DNA of 64,000 nt, from contig CP051526.1 of the NCBI GenBank assembly GCA_050916045.1, positions 544,001 to 608,000 on the forward strand, written 5' to 3'. Under the pieces are notes generated by a model. That model did no database searches. It saw only the letters and a list, made by a program, of their open reading frames with translations, and was not told the DNA's origin. The DNA comes from Tepidisphaera sp. (lineage in GTDB: Bacteria; Planctomycetota; Phycisphaerae; Phycisphaerales; UBA1924). The translations under genes and the position numbers were made by a program. Positions 52,521 to 61,794 of the stretch are shown in pieces (the first letter of the stretch is position 1; each line of letters starts with the position of its first letter).

Positions 52521-54719
52521 TCAGCACCCGCTCTCGAACGCGTCAACGAAGTCCGCGTAGTCGAAGAAGTCGATGAAGCCGTCCTGGTTGGCGTCGGCGG
52601 TCTGGCCTTGTGGGCAGCCTTCGGCTTGGAAGCACACGACGAAGTCGGCGTAGTCGAAGAAGTCGATGAAGCCGTCGGCGTTGAAGTCCGCGAGGCAGCT
52701 TGGCTCGGCGGTCCAGACGAAGGAGCCGGCGGGCTCGCGGACGGCGGCGTGGAGGCGGCCGTCGAGCACGATGAGGTCGAGGACTTCACCCTCGGGCGTG
52801 CCGGGGACGGGCTCCCAGCGGTCGCCGTCGGTGGAGCGGTAGACGCGGTCGGCGCCGGCGTAGGCGATGCCGTTCAGCAGCGCGAACGCGTTCACAGGGG
52901 CGAGGTCGGCGACATTGACCTCCGCGCGGGTCCACGTGCGGCCGGCATCGCGAGAGATGAAGACACCGCGGTCGATGCCGTTTGGATCAAGGAAGATCGG
53001 GAAGCCGATCGCTCCCGCGACGATGGTGTCGCCGAGGACGGCGAAGTCGTTGATCATGGGCGGGAAGCCGTTGGGATCAAGCGGGAGGCCGGCGTTGGAC
53101 CGGCTCCAGTTCTCGCCGCGGTCGGAGGAGCGGATCGGGCCGTTGCGGTAGGAGCCGACGAGGACGAGCTGGCCCCAGGGGCCGGACGCTTCGGCGATCG
53201 AGACGACGGGGTCGTAGACGGGCTCATTGAAGAGGTTGCGGGCCATGATGGGGTAGCCGCGGTTGATGCGGGTCCAGCCGGTGCCGGCATCGCTCAGGCG
53301 GAGCATGCCCCCGCCGCTGATCTGGAACTCCTGGTCGAAGAACTCGATGCCAAAGCCCGTGCCCGCGAGAAGCCGCCCGGCGTGGCGGGCGAACGCGGAG
53401 ACCTCGCGGAGCTGGTTGCCCGCGGTGCCGTTGTAGATGGGGACGCCGGTGTTCAAGGGGGCGAAGGTCGCGCCGCCATCGGTGGAGCGGACGATGCCGT
53501 CGTAGAGCGAGCCGACGAAGAGCGTGGAGCCCTCGGCGAAGAACCCGTCGGGCTGGATGCACGCGGGGATGCCGGCGGCGGAGTTGCTCCAGCCGGTCTC
53601 GGTGAGCGAGAAGACGCGCGCATTGCCTCGGCCGACGGCGTGGAGGCGGTCGGTGGCGGCGAGCTTGGCGGCGACGCCCAGCGCTGGCCCGCCGGGGACG
53701 GGTGACCATGAGAGCCCGGCATCGCCCGAGCGGAAGAGGCCCGACGAGGTTGAGATCACAAACTCGCCATCGCGGTGGTCCAGGTCCTGGATGAACCCCT
53801 CGATGCAGCGCGGCAGGCCCAGAGCGGCGGGAGCCCAGGTGCGGCCGGAGTCTTCCGAGCGGAGGAGGGGCGGCTCGCTTTGGGCGTTCGCGGCGATCAG
53901 CGTGCCGTCGCCGAAGATGAGGTGCGAGAAGCCACCGCCCGCGAAGAAGCCGCTCAAGGGCGCGGTGGTCCAGGTCCGGCCGAGATCCTCCGAGGCGAAG
54001 GTGATGCCGTCGGCGGGAACGATCCACGCATCGCCGATGACCGCCGGGCTTGCGGGGAGGAAGGAGGGGCCTTCAAGGCCCGACTCCTGCCACGTCTCGC
54101 CCAGGTCCAGCGAGATGAGGAAGCCCGAGCCGAAGGCGCGGGTGGCGATGAGGGCCCCGCCCACGGGAAAGATCGAGCTTGGGAACTCTCCTTCCGGGAA
54201 CGCGAGGGGCGCCCAGGTGTCGCCCGCATCGCCGGAGCGGAAGAGGAAGATGGGGTCGCCGGAGAAGGGATTTCCGAGGAGGAAGAGCGTGGTGTCGCTC
54301 GCGGCGAGCTGGGTCGCGGCGGGGAGGTCCGTCGCGATGGGCTGCCAGCCCGAGGGCTCGTGGCGGAAGAGGGCGCCATCGCCGCGGCGGACGAACTCGC
54401 GGAGCTGGTCGCCGCTTTGGTGGAGCAGGACCTGCTGGAAGGTGATGCCCGGAGCGGTGGGAAGCCCATCGGTCGCGTCGGACCACGCGTCCGCGTCGGC
54501 GGTCAAACGGAAGATGCGGGTGCGGTCACAGGCGAGGCCGCGGGTGGCGGTGGGGGGGATGGGGGGGGTGGGGGTGGGGGCGAGATCGAGGCTTTGCATG
54601 CTGGCGCCGGTGGCGGGCCCGGGGGTACGGGTCCAGCGAAGGCTCTGGGCGGAGGCGGAATGGGAAGCGGCGAGGCAGCAGGCGAGACCGGCGGCGAGGG
54701 CAAGGGCACGAATCGGCAT
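52521..54719 (-). CDS. Secreted BNR/Asp-box beta-propeller protein with two-repeat dockerin-like tail
   Basis: Signal peptide MPIRALALAAGLACCLAASHSASA; many S-x-D-x-G-x-(T/S)-W repeats; tail CLADFNADGFIDFFDYADF...AFESGC; AGGAG RBS. Confidence 0.88.
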   Translation of the reverse strand: MPIRALALAAGLACCLAASHSASAQSLRWTRTPGPATGASMQSLDLAPTPTPPIPPTATRGLACDRTRIFRLTADADAWSDATDGLPTAPGITFQQVLLHQSGDQLREFVRRGDGALFRHEPSGWQPIATDLPAATQLAASDTTLFLLGNPFSGDPIFLFRSGDAGDTWAPLAFPEGEFPSSIFPVGGALIATRAFGSGFLISLDLGETWQESGLEGPSFLPASPAVIGDAWIVPADGITFASEDLGRTWTTAPLSGFFAGGGFSHLIFGDGTLIAANAQSEPPLLRSEDSGRTWAPAALGLPRCIEGFIQDLDHRDGEFVISTSSGLFRSGDAGLSWSPVPGGPALGVAAKLAATDRLHAVGRGNARVFSLTETGWSNSAAGIPACIQPDGFFAEGSTLFVGSLYDGIVRSTDGGATFAPLNTGVPIYNGTAGNQLREVSAFARHAGRLLAGTGFGIEFFDQEFQISGGGMLRLSDAGTGWTRINRGYPIMARNLFNEPVYDPVVSIAEASGPWGQLVLVGSYRNGPIRSSDRGENWSRSNAGLPLDPNGFPPMINDFAVLGDTIVAGAIGFPIFLDPNGIDRGVFISRDAGRTWTRAEVNVADLAPVNAFALLNGIAYAGADRVYRSTDGDRWEPVPGTPEGEVLDLIVLDGRLHAAVREPAGSFVWTAEPSCLADFNADGFIDFFDYADFVVCFQAEGCPQGQTADANQDGFIDFFDYADFVDAFESGC

Positions 54720-54876
54720 GGTGAGCGGCTCCTGGGGGCCGGGTGGCGAAGGCGCACCGGGCGGCCGCAGACAAGTGTTCCCAGGGGTGTGTGGTATTGC
54801 AGTGTGGGAGGGCAGAAGTTGGAACGGGTAAGCGGCGGTGTGGAGAGTGGGTGTGTGGGGGGGTGGGGGCATCGGC

Positions 54877-55086
54877 GGGCTGGAGGGAGCAGAAGAGGGC
54901 TTGGAGGCGGCCGTTGAGGGCTTGGATGGAGCAAAAGAAGGCTTGGATGGGGCAGCAAAGGGCTTGGATGGAACAAAAGAAGGCTTGGATGAGGCAGCAA
55001 AGGGCTTTGACGGAGCAGCAAAGGGCTTGGATGGAGCAGGAGAAGGCTTGAATGGAGCAGAAGAAAGCTTGAACGGGACCGTTGAC
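54877..55086. repeat. Degenerate 21-nt tandem repeat, about 10 units
   Basis: Consensus GGCTTGGATGGAGCA(G/A)(C/A)A(A/G)A(G/A); translates on + as GLDGAKE-like heptads. Confidence 0.9.
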
Positions 55087-55624
55087 GGGTGGATGGAGCC
55101 GCGACCATCCGCGTCTTCCGGATCGGGCCGATGAGGGGCGGATGGGGGGGGATCGGGGTGGGTGGTCTTCGGGGGGGTGGGGTGGGTGGGTGTGGGGGTT
55201 GTTGTCCCGGGGGTGGATGGTTCCTATGGTTGATCGGCTTTCGTGAGGATGCCTCGATCTGTCGCCGCGCTTGTTGCGGTGCGGAGCGGTGTGTTCTCGG
55301 AAGGACGAGGAACGCTTGATGATGCTGGCAGGATGTCATGCTCGTTAGGCTTCACCAGCTCCGTGCTGGTGAGGGCGGTTCCACCGTCATGCTCTCAAGA
55401 GGAGGGCGGATGGTGTAGGCCCCCGGTTCCATTTTCGCGCGGAGCACGTTCATTGCGTGCGAAGCGTGGGAGCGTCCTTTGGAGAGGCCTTGAGCGCGTG
55501 CTCGGGGCTTCGCGTGTTTTTGGACATGCGCGCTCCGGGGGTTCCGGAGCGGTGGAAAGACGGTCAGGTCGGAACATCTCGACATCTCGTCAGACATCTT
55601 GACAGGTCGGAATCGGAGTCAGCC

Positions 55625-56980
55625 ATGAACGCGACGGAAATGAACAGGATCCTGGACGCCATCGCCCGCGAGCGGAACATCGACAAAGCGGTGCTCGTGC
55701 GGGACCTTGAGCGGGCCATGGTCTCGGCTCTTCGCAAGTTCTTCAACACGCTGGACGTCGAGGAGTTCTCGGCCAAGATCGACCCCATCGCGGGCTCGAT
55801 CGAGGTCTTCCGCCACGGCGAGCCGCTGACGCTCAAGCCGGGGGATCTGGGCCGCATCGCGGCGCAGACCTTCAAGCAGGTGATGATCCAGGGCTTCCGC
55901 GACGACGAGCGGGCTTCGATCCTGGAAGAGTTCGGCAAGCGCGTCGGCGACATCGTGACGGGCACCGCTCAGCGGTACGAGGGCGGGAGCCTGGTCGTCA
56001 CGATCGACCGGGCCGAAGCGTTCATGCCCAAGAGCGAGCAGATCCCCGGCGAGGTGTTCACGGCGGGCGACCGCGTGCGGTGCCTCGTGCTTGATGTCCG
56101 CGATGCGGGCAGCCAGGTCAAGATCGTCCTCAGCCGAGCGAACCCGGACTTCATCAAGCGCCTCTTCGAGGTCGAGGTCCCCGAGGTCGCCGAGCACGTG
56201 ATTGAGATCAAAGCCATGGCCCGCGAAGCCGGGTACCGCACCAAGATGGCCGTCTCGTCGGTCGACAGCAAGGTCGACGCGGTGGGGGCGTGCGTGGGTG
56301 TCCGCGGCAGCCGCATCAAGAACATCGTCGATGAGCTCAACGGCGAGAAGATCGACATCGTCCGCTGGAACGAGTCGAGCCAGATCCTGATCCAGAACTC
56401 GCTCAAGCCGGCGGAAGTGGCGGAGATCTCGCTCTGCTTTGAACTGGGCCGGGCGACGGTCGTCGTGCGCGATGACCAGTTGTCGCTGGCGATCGGCAAG
56501 CGTGGCCAGAACGTGCGGCTCGCGGCCCGTCTGACGGGCTGGGACATCGACATCCTGACGCCCGCGGAGTTCAACAAGGGTCTGGAAGCGATGTCCGAGA
56601 CGCTCAAGGGCATCGAGGGGATCACGGACGAGATGGTGGACAAGCTCGCGGCTTTGGGCATGGTCAGCGTCTTCGACATCGAAGAGGTTGGAGCCGAGGT
56701 CATCGCCGGCGAACTGGGCATCACGGTTGAGTACGCGACGAACGTGGTTGAGATCTCCTCGGCCCGGGCCAAGGTGGTGGCGGCCCAGCAGCAGGCGGAG
56801 AAGGAAGCCAAAGCCCGGGAGCAGTCCCAGGCGCAGGACGCGGCACGGCGTGCCTTGCTCGAGGGCGGCTCGGCCGAGTCGGGCGAAGCGGCGGCGGCGG
56901 CGATTCTGGGAGCGGGCCCGGCCGCGGCTCCCAGCGCGGCCGACGACGCCCGTGCGGCTGACATTCTGGGCCAGTCCTGA
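55625..56980 (+). CDS. nusA: Transcription termination/antitermination factor NusA
   Basis: LGRIAAQTFKQV, LFEVEVPEV, AREAGYRTK, VGACVGVRGSRI, LSLAIGKRGQNVRLAARLTGWDIDI. Confidence 0.97.
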   Translation: MNATEMNRILDAIARERNIDKAVLVRDLERAMVSALRKFFNTLDVEEFSAKIDPIAGSIEVFRHGEPLTLKPGDLGRIAAQTFKQVMIQGFRDDERASILEEFGKRVGDIVTGTAQRYEGGSLVVTIDRAEAFMPKSEQIPGEVFTAGDRVRCLVLDVRDAGSQVKIVLSRANPDFIKRLFEVEVPEVAEHVIEIKAMAREAGYRTKMAVSSVDSKVDAVGACVGVRGSRIKNIVDELNGEKIDIVRWNESSQILIQNSLKPAEVAEISLCFELGRATVVVRDDQLSLAIGKRGQNVRLAARLTGWDIDILTPAEFNKGLEAMSETLKGIEGITDEMVDKLAALGMVSVFDIEEVGAEVIAGELGITVEYATNVVEISSARAKVVAAQQQAEKEAKAREQSQAQDAARRALLEGGSAESGEAAAAAILGAGPAAAPSAADDARAADILGQS

Positions 56981-57065
56981 AACGGGACGGGTTCAGCCAA
57001 CGATGGATGCGTGAGTGTGAGGGATCGGGGTTCGGTGGTGGCGGGAAACTTGCTGGAGAACGCGT

Positions 57066-60000
57066 TTGGCAGCCAAGCGGATCTTTGAACTGGCGAAGGA
57101 ACTGGGGATCGAGTCCAAGGTGATCATCGCCAAGTGCGTTGAGGAAGGCGTCTCACCGGACAAGGTCAAGAACCACATGGCGACTGTGTCGCCGGGCCTC
57201 GTGGAGTCCATCCGCGAGTGGTTCCCCGGCGCGGGCGGCGGAAGCGTCGCCGTGGCCGAGAGCGCTCCCAAAGCCAAGGCTCCCAAAGCCGCGCCGGCCG
57301 AGCCCACGCCCCCCCCGCCCGACGAGCACGCGAAAGCCACGCCCGTCGTCGTCAAGGCCGGAGCAACCGTCGTCGCCAAGCCCGCGACGCCCGAAGCCCC
57401 GCCCCCGGCTCGAACCTCCGCACCCCTCCCGACGTCGGTCAACATCCCCGCCGAGCCTCCCCGGCCCGTCGCGCCGCCCGTCGAGAAAGCCCCCGACAAG
57501 CCGCAGGCTCCCGCACCGACGGTCATCCGTCCGGCGGCGTCCGCGCCGGTGGTTGAGAAGCCCGTCGAGCCGGCCCGGCCCGAGGTCGTCTCGCGGCCGA
57601 TCGCTCCGACGCACATCGCGCCGCCGACCGGCGGAGCGCCTGCTCCGGAAGCCCCGGCCGCGCCCGTCGCGCCGGTCAGCCGTCCTTCCGGCCCCGGCAA
57701 TCCGCCCGGCTCCGCTCCCCGGACCCCCGTCGCGCATTCTCCTTCGGTCACGATGAACGTTCCGCGCAAGCCGACGGTCGTCTCGCCGGCGGGGCCGCAG
57801 CTGGCTTCGGTTCAGAAAGCTCCGGCCAAGCTGTCGGGCCCCAAGGTCGTGCGCGTCGAAGAGCCGGACCGGCTCGAAGCTCCGCGTCCGCGTCGCTTCA
57901 CGCCCGGCGCGCCCTCCGGCCCCGGCGGCGGCATGGCGCCTCGCGGTCCCGCCCGTCCGGGCGAGACGGAGGATGATCGCGGTCGCAGCCCGCGTCGCAA
58001 GGGCGCGGGCCCCGGCGGCCCCGGCGCCGGACCGGGCATGCGTCGCTCCACGGGAGCGGGCGTGCCGGATCGCCGTCGCGCAACCACGACGCCCGACAAC
58101 TGGGTCGGCGGCCAGGTCTTCTCCGAACAGGACATCATCGAGCGCGAAGCTCGCCTCGCCCGCGCCGGCGGGTTCGTCAAGAAGCACAAGCAGCAGATGA
58201 AGGGCCCCGGCGGCCCCGGCGAGATCGGCCCGATCGAGAACAAGTTCAAGATCGCCCAGCCGTTCACGATCAAGGAGCTTTCCGAGGTCACCGGCGTCAA
58301 GGGCGCCGAGATCGTCAAGAAGCTCTTCCTGCAGGGCGTGATGGCCACCATCAACTCGGGCATGGACCCGCAGAAGGCCATCGAGATCATGATGGACTTC
58401 GACATCGAGCTCGAGGTCGTGGAAGCCAAGACCGCGGAAGAGGTCCTCGACGAGGATCTCATCAAGCGGGCGGCCGTCGATGAACGCCCGCGCGGTCCCG
58501 TCGTCACGATCCTCGGCCACGTCGACCATGGCAAGACGTCGCTCCTGGACAGGATCCGCAACGCCAACGTCGCCGCGGGCGAAGCCGGCGGCATCACGCA
58601 GCGGACCAGCGCCTTCAAGGTGCCCGTCGAGGTTGCCGGTGACAAGAAGGAAATCGTCTTCCTCGACACCCCGGGCCACGAAGCTTTCACGTCCATGCGT
58701 TCACGCGGCGCCAACATGACCGACGTCATCGTCCTGGTCGTGTCCGCTCCCGAGGGCGTCATGCCCCAGACGATCGAGTCCATCGCCCACGCGAAAGCCG
58801 CCGGCGTCCCCCTCGTCGTCGCTCTCAACAAGATCGATCGCCCCGACGCGACCGAAAGCCAGGTCCAGAAGACCCTGCGTCAGCTCGCGGACGCCGGCCT
58901 CCAGCCCACCGAGTGGGGCGGAGAGACCGACATCGTGCGCACCAGCGCGACGACCGGGCAGGGCATCAAGGAACTCCTGGAGCTCCTCGATTACCAGTCG
59001 CAGCTCAAGAATCTCCGGGCCGACTTCGACGGCACGGCGAGCGGCGTCGTGATCGAAGCCCGCACCGAGGAAGGTCGCGGTGCCGTCGCCAGCCTGCTCG
59101 TCCAGCAGGGCAAGCTCAAGGTCGGTGACTTCGTCGTCGCCGGCCGCGGTTTCGGCCGCGTCCGCGACATCCACAACGATCGCGGCGTCAAGATCCGCGA
59201 GGCTCTGCCGCCCAGCCCGGTGCAGATCTCCGGTATCGACATGGTCCCCGACGCGGGCGACAAGTTCTACGTCGTTTCGTCGCTCAAGAAGGCCGAGGAA
59301 GCCGCCGACCACCGCCGCCACCGCGAGCGCGAAGCCGAACTGGCCAAGCCCAAGCTCACCCTCGACAGCCTGTTCTCGCAGATGCAGGACAACGAGGTGG
59401 AGGTCAAGGAGATCAAGATCGTTCTCAAAGCCGCGGAACAGGGCACGGTCGACGTGCTCACCAAGGAATGCGAGAAGATCGGCACCTCCGAGGTCAAGGT
59501 CCGCGTGCTCCACTCGGCCGTCGGCGGCATCAACCGTTCGGACGTCCAGCTCGCCGACGCTTCCAAAGCGATCATCATCGGGTTCAACGTCATCGCCCTG
59601 GGCGAAGCCCGCACGCTCGCCGAGCAGAAGGGCGTCGAGATCCGCACCTACGACGTCATCTACAACATCACGGATGACCTCAAAGCCGCGGCCGAGGGCA
59701 TGCTCGCTCCGGAGCTCCGCCAGGAGGTCCTGGGCCACGCCGAAGTCCGCCAGGTCTTCAACATCTCCAAGGTCGGCACCATCGCCGGCTGCTACGTCAC
59801 CGACGGCGTCATCGAACGCAACGCGTTCATCCGCGTCACGCGCGGCGGCGTGGTGGTGCAGAACGAGCGCGTCCTCGAACAGCTCAAGCGGTTCAAGGAC
59901 GACGCGAAGGATGTTCGCACCGGCATGGAATGCGGCATGAAGGTCGTCGGGTACGACGACATTAAGGTCGGCGACGTCATCGAGTGTTACAAGCAGGTGG

Positions 60001-60068
60001 AGTTCAAGCGCACGCTCGCCGGCGGGGTGGTCGCTCCCGAGAAGCCCAAGGAGAAGAAGAAGCAGTAA
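57066..60068 (+). CDS. infB: Translation initiation factor IF-2
   Basis: TTG start after [50 protein letters not shown]...ECG. Confidence 0.98.
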   Translation: MAAKRIFELAKELGIESKVIIAKCVEEGVSPDKVKNHMATVSPGLVESIREWFPGAGGGSVAVAESAPKAKAPKAAPAEPTPPPPDEHAKATPVVVKAGATVVAKPATPEAPPPARTSAPLPTSVNIPAEPPRPVAPPVEKAPDKPQAPAPTVIRPAASAPVVEKPVEPARPEVVSRPIAPTHIAPPTGGAPAPEAPAAPVAPVSRPSGPGNPPGSAPRTPVAHSPSVTMNVPRKPTVVSPAGPQLASVQKAPAKLSGPKVVRVEEPDRLEAPRPRRFTPGAPSGPGGGMAPRGPARPGETEDDRGRSPRRKGAGPGGPGAGPGMRRSTGAGVPDRRRATTTPDNWVGGQVFSEQDIIEREARLARAGGFVKKHKQQMKGPGGPGEIGPIENKFKIAQPFTIKELSEVTGVKGAEIVKKLFLQGVMATINSGMDPQKAIEIMMDFDIELEVVEAKTAEEVLDEDLIKRAAVDERPRGPVVTILGHVDHGKTSLLDRIRNANVAAGEAGGITQRTSAFKVPVEVAGDKKEIVFLDTPGHEAFTSMRSRGANMTDVIVLVVSAPEGVMPQTIESIAHAKAAGVPLVVALNKIDRPDATESQVQKTLRQLADAGLQPTEWGGETDIVRTSATTGQGIKELLELLDYQSQLKNLRADFDGTASGVVIEARTEEGRGAVASLLVQQGKLKVGDFVVAGRGFGRVRDIHNDRGVKIREALPPSPVQISGIDMVPDAGDKFYVVSSLKKAEEAADHRRHREREAELAKPKLTLDSLFSQMQDNEVEVKEIKIVLKAAEQGTVDVLTKECEKIGTSEVKVRVLHSAVGGINRSDVQLADASKAIIIGFNVIALGEARTLAEQKGVEIRTYDVIYNITDDLKAAAEGMLAPELRQEVLGHAEVRQVFNISKVGTIAGCYVTDGVIERNAFIRVTRGGVVVQNERVLEQLKRFKDDAKDVRTGMECGMKVVGYDDIKVGDVIECYKQVEFKRTLAGGVVAPEKPKEKKKQ

Positions 60069-60143
60069 GCCGGCGTCGTCGCCCGCCCCGGCCCCCCGGG
60101 TCCGCGGTGCGCCCCGACTCCGCGCCCTGCCGCTTGCAGAACC

Positions 60144-60545
60144 ATGGTCGTCGGAATCCTCCAGTTCGAGCTTCACATCCACGGCGCCGAGTCCCTCAAG
60201 GACAAGCGCCGCGTGATCTCGTCCGTGCGCGACAGGCTTCACCGCGAGCATCAGGTGAGCGTGGCCGAGGTCGCCGCGCAGGACATCCTCAACCTCGCCG
60301 TCATGGGGCTTGCGATGGTCGGGAACGAGGGGGGCCACGTCGGCCGCACGCTCGACTCGATTACGGCCAAGCTCCGGGCGCTGGGCGACGCCGAACTCGG
60401 CCTGACCTCGCGAAGGCTGATCCACGGGCATGAAGCCCAGGAACTGTCGGACGAGGATGCGGTCGATGAGACCCTCGCGGCGGAGATGCTTTCGCGCGGT
60501 GAAGAAATCTTCGCTCCTCCGGCGAAAGGGAAGGACACCCGATGA
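60144..60545 (+). CDS. DUF503 (YlxP-like) protein
   Basis: MVVGILQFELHI...SLKDKRRVI...VSVAEV...D; canonical position between infB and rbfA. Confidence 0.9.
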   Translation: MVVGILQFELHIHGAESLKDKRRVISSVRDRLHREHQVSVAEVAAQDILNLAVMGLAMVGNEGGHVGRTLDSITAKLRALGDAELGLTSRRLIHGHEAQELSDEDAVDETLAAEMLSRGEEIFAPPAKGKDTR

Positions 60546-60952
60546 CACGCCGCCAGGAACAACTCGCATCCGTCCTTCGCGAAGCCGTTCAGGAGGTCCT
60601 GAGCCGCGGCCTCAACGATCCGCGCGTCTCGGGGTTGATCACCGTGACCGGCTTTGAGCTTTCGCCCGACCTCGAGTACGCCACGGTCCGCGTCTCGGTC
60701 CTTCCCGCCGAACGCCAGCAGCTCACCTTCCACGGCATCAAAGCGGCCGGAGCCTACATCCGCCGCGAGGTCGGCGACAAGGTGAAGAACCGCAAGCTGC
60801 CCAAGTTCAACTTTGAGCTCGACTCGAGCTTCAAGAAACAGCTCGGCGTCATCGAAGCGCTCGAGCACGCCAAGCACGGGCAGAAGCCCGCGGGCTGGGG
60901 CTCAGCGCCGGCCAAGGGCCCGGATTCACCGGGGGAGGCCGGTTCCCCGTGA
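60542..60952 (+). CDS. rbfA: 30S ribosome-binding factor A
   Basis: DPRVSGLITVT..ELSPDLEYATV.VS, AGAYIRREVG, PKFNFELDSS. Confidence 0.95.
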   Translation: MTRRQEQLASVLREAVQEVLSRGLNDPRVSGLITVTGFELSPDLEYATVRVSVLPAERQQLTFHGIKAAGAYIRREVGDKVKNRKLPKFNFELDSSFKKQLGVIEALEHAKHGQKPAGWGSAPAKGPDSPGEAGSP

Positions 60953-61743
60953 GCCCCAACGAAGCCGCCAAGAACTTCCAGGCTCTCCTGCGCAAGCTCC
61001 GCGTCAAGCTCGACGCGGATGAGCAGGCTCAGGCGGCCCCCGCCGGGGAGTCCACGGATGAGCTTCGGCTCGCGCGTGCGCGTGAGGCGCTGGATCATCT
61101 CGTTCACTCGTTCATGCTTTGGGAAGCGACGCAGACGCAGGCCAAAGCAGCGGTCCGCAGGCTTCAGGACGCTTTCGTCGACGCCAACGAGCTCCGCATC
61201 GCGTTGCCGCACGAGACTGCCCGCATCGTGGGTGAACGCTACCCGCTCGCCGCGGAACGCTGCGTCCGGCTGAAAGCGACGCTCCAGGATCTGTACCGAC
61301 GCGAGCACACCCTCTCGCTCCAGTCGCTGATCGACGCTCCCAAACGCGAAGCCCGCGCGTTCCTCGAATCCCTCGACGGCATGCCGCCGTTTGTTTCGGC
61401 CCGCCTGTTTGTCATCTCCCTGGCCGGCCACGCCGCTCCGGCGGATTGGAAGCTCGTCGACCTGCTCGTCGCTCACAAAGCCATCCCCGCCGATCACGCC
61501 GACCCCGCCGCCGCTTCCGCCTGGTTGGAACGTCAGTTCCGGTCCGGCGACGCACCCGCGGTTCTCGCGGCCCTTCAAGCCTGGTCCGATGAGCATGGCG
61601 AGTCGCCCAAGTTCGACCGCTCGATCGCGACCGGGCCCACCCTGACCAAGGAACTCGCCGTCTGCGAGAAGCCTCGCAAGCGGCCGGTCAAGAAATCGGG
61701 AAAGCGCCCGGCGGACCGTTCGACCAAGCCCAAGCCCAGATAG
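60949..61743 (+). CDS. Hypothetical protein, possibly a degenerate HhH/endonuclease III-like fold, basic C-tail
   Basis: GTG overlaps the rbfA stop; FVDANELRIA and FLESLDGMPPFV resemble HhH-GPD elements; no Fe-S cysteine cluster. Confidence 0.65.
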   Translation: MSPNEAAKNFQALLRKLRVKLDADEQAQAAPAGESTDELRLARAREALDHLVHSFMLWEATQTQAKAAVRRLQDAFVDANELRIALPHETARIVGERYPLAAERCVRLKATLQDLYRREHTLSLQSLIDAPKREARAFLESLDGMPPFVSARLFVISLAGHAAPADWKLVDLLVAHKAIPADHADPAAASAWLERQFRSGDAPAVLAALQAWSDEHGESPKFDRSIATGPTLTKELAVCEKPRKRPVKKSGKRPADRSTKPKPR

Positions 61744-61794
61744 AGGCGGTACGATCCGCCGAGTCCGCCTTCTTCCGCCACCGCGAGGCTTGCG

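Noticed and set aside
57240..58100. Pro/Ala/Gly-rich low-complexity stretch
   Set aside because: Ordinary variable N-terminal region of IF-2.
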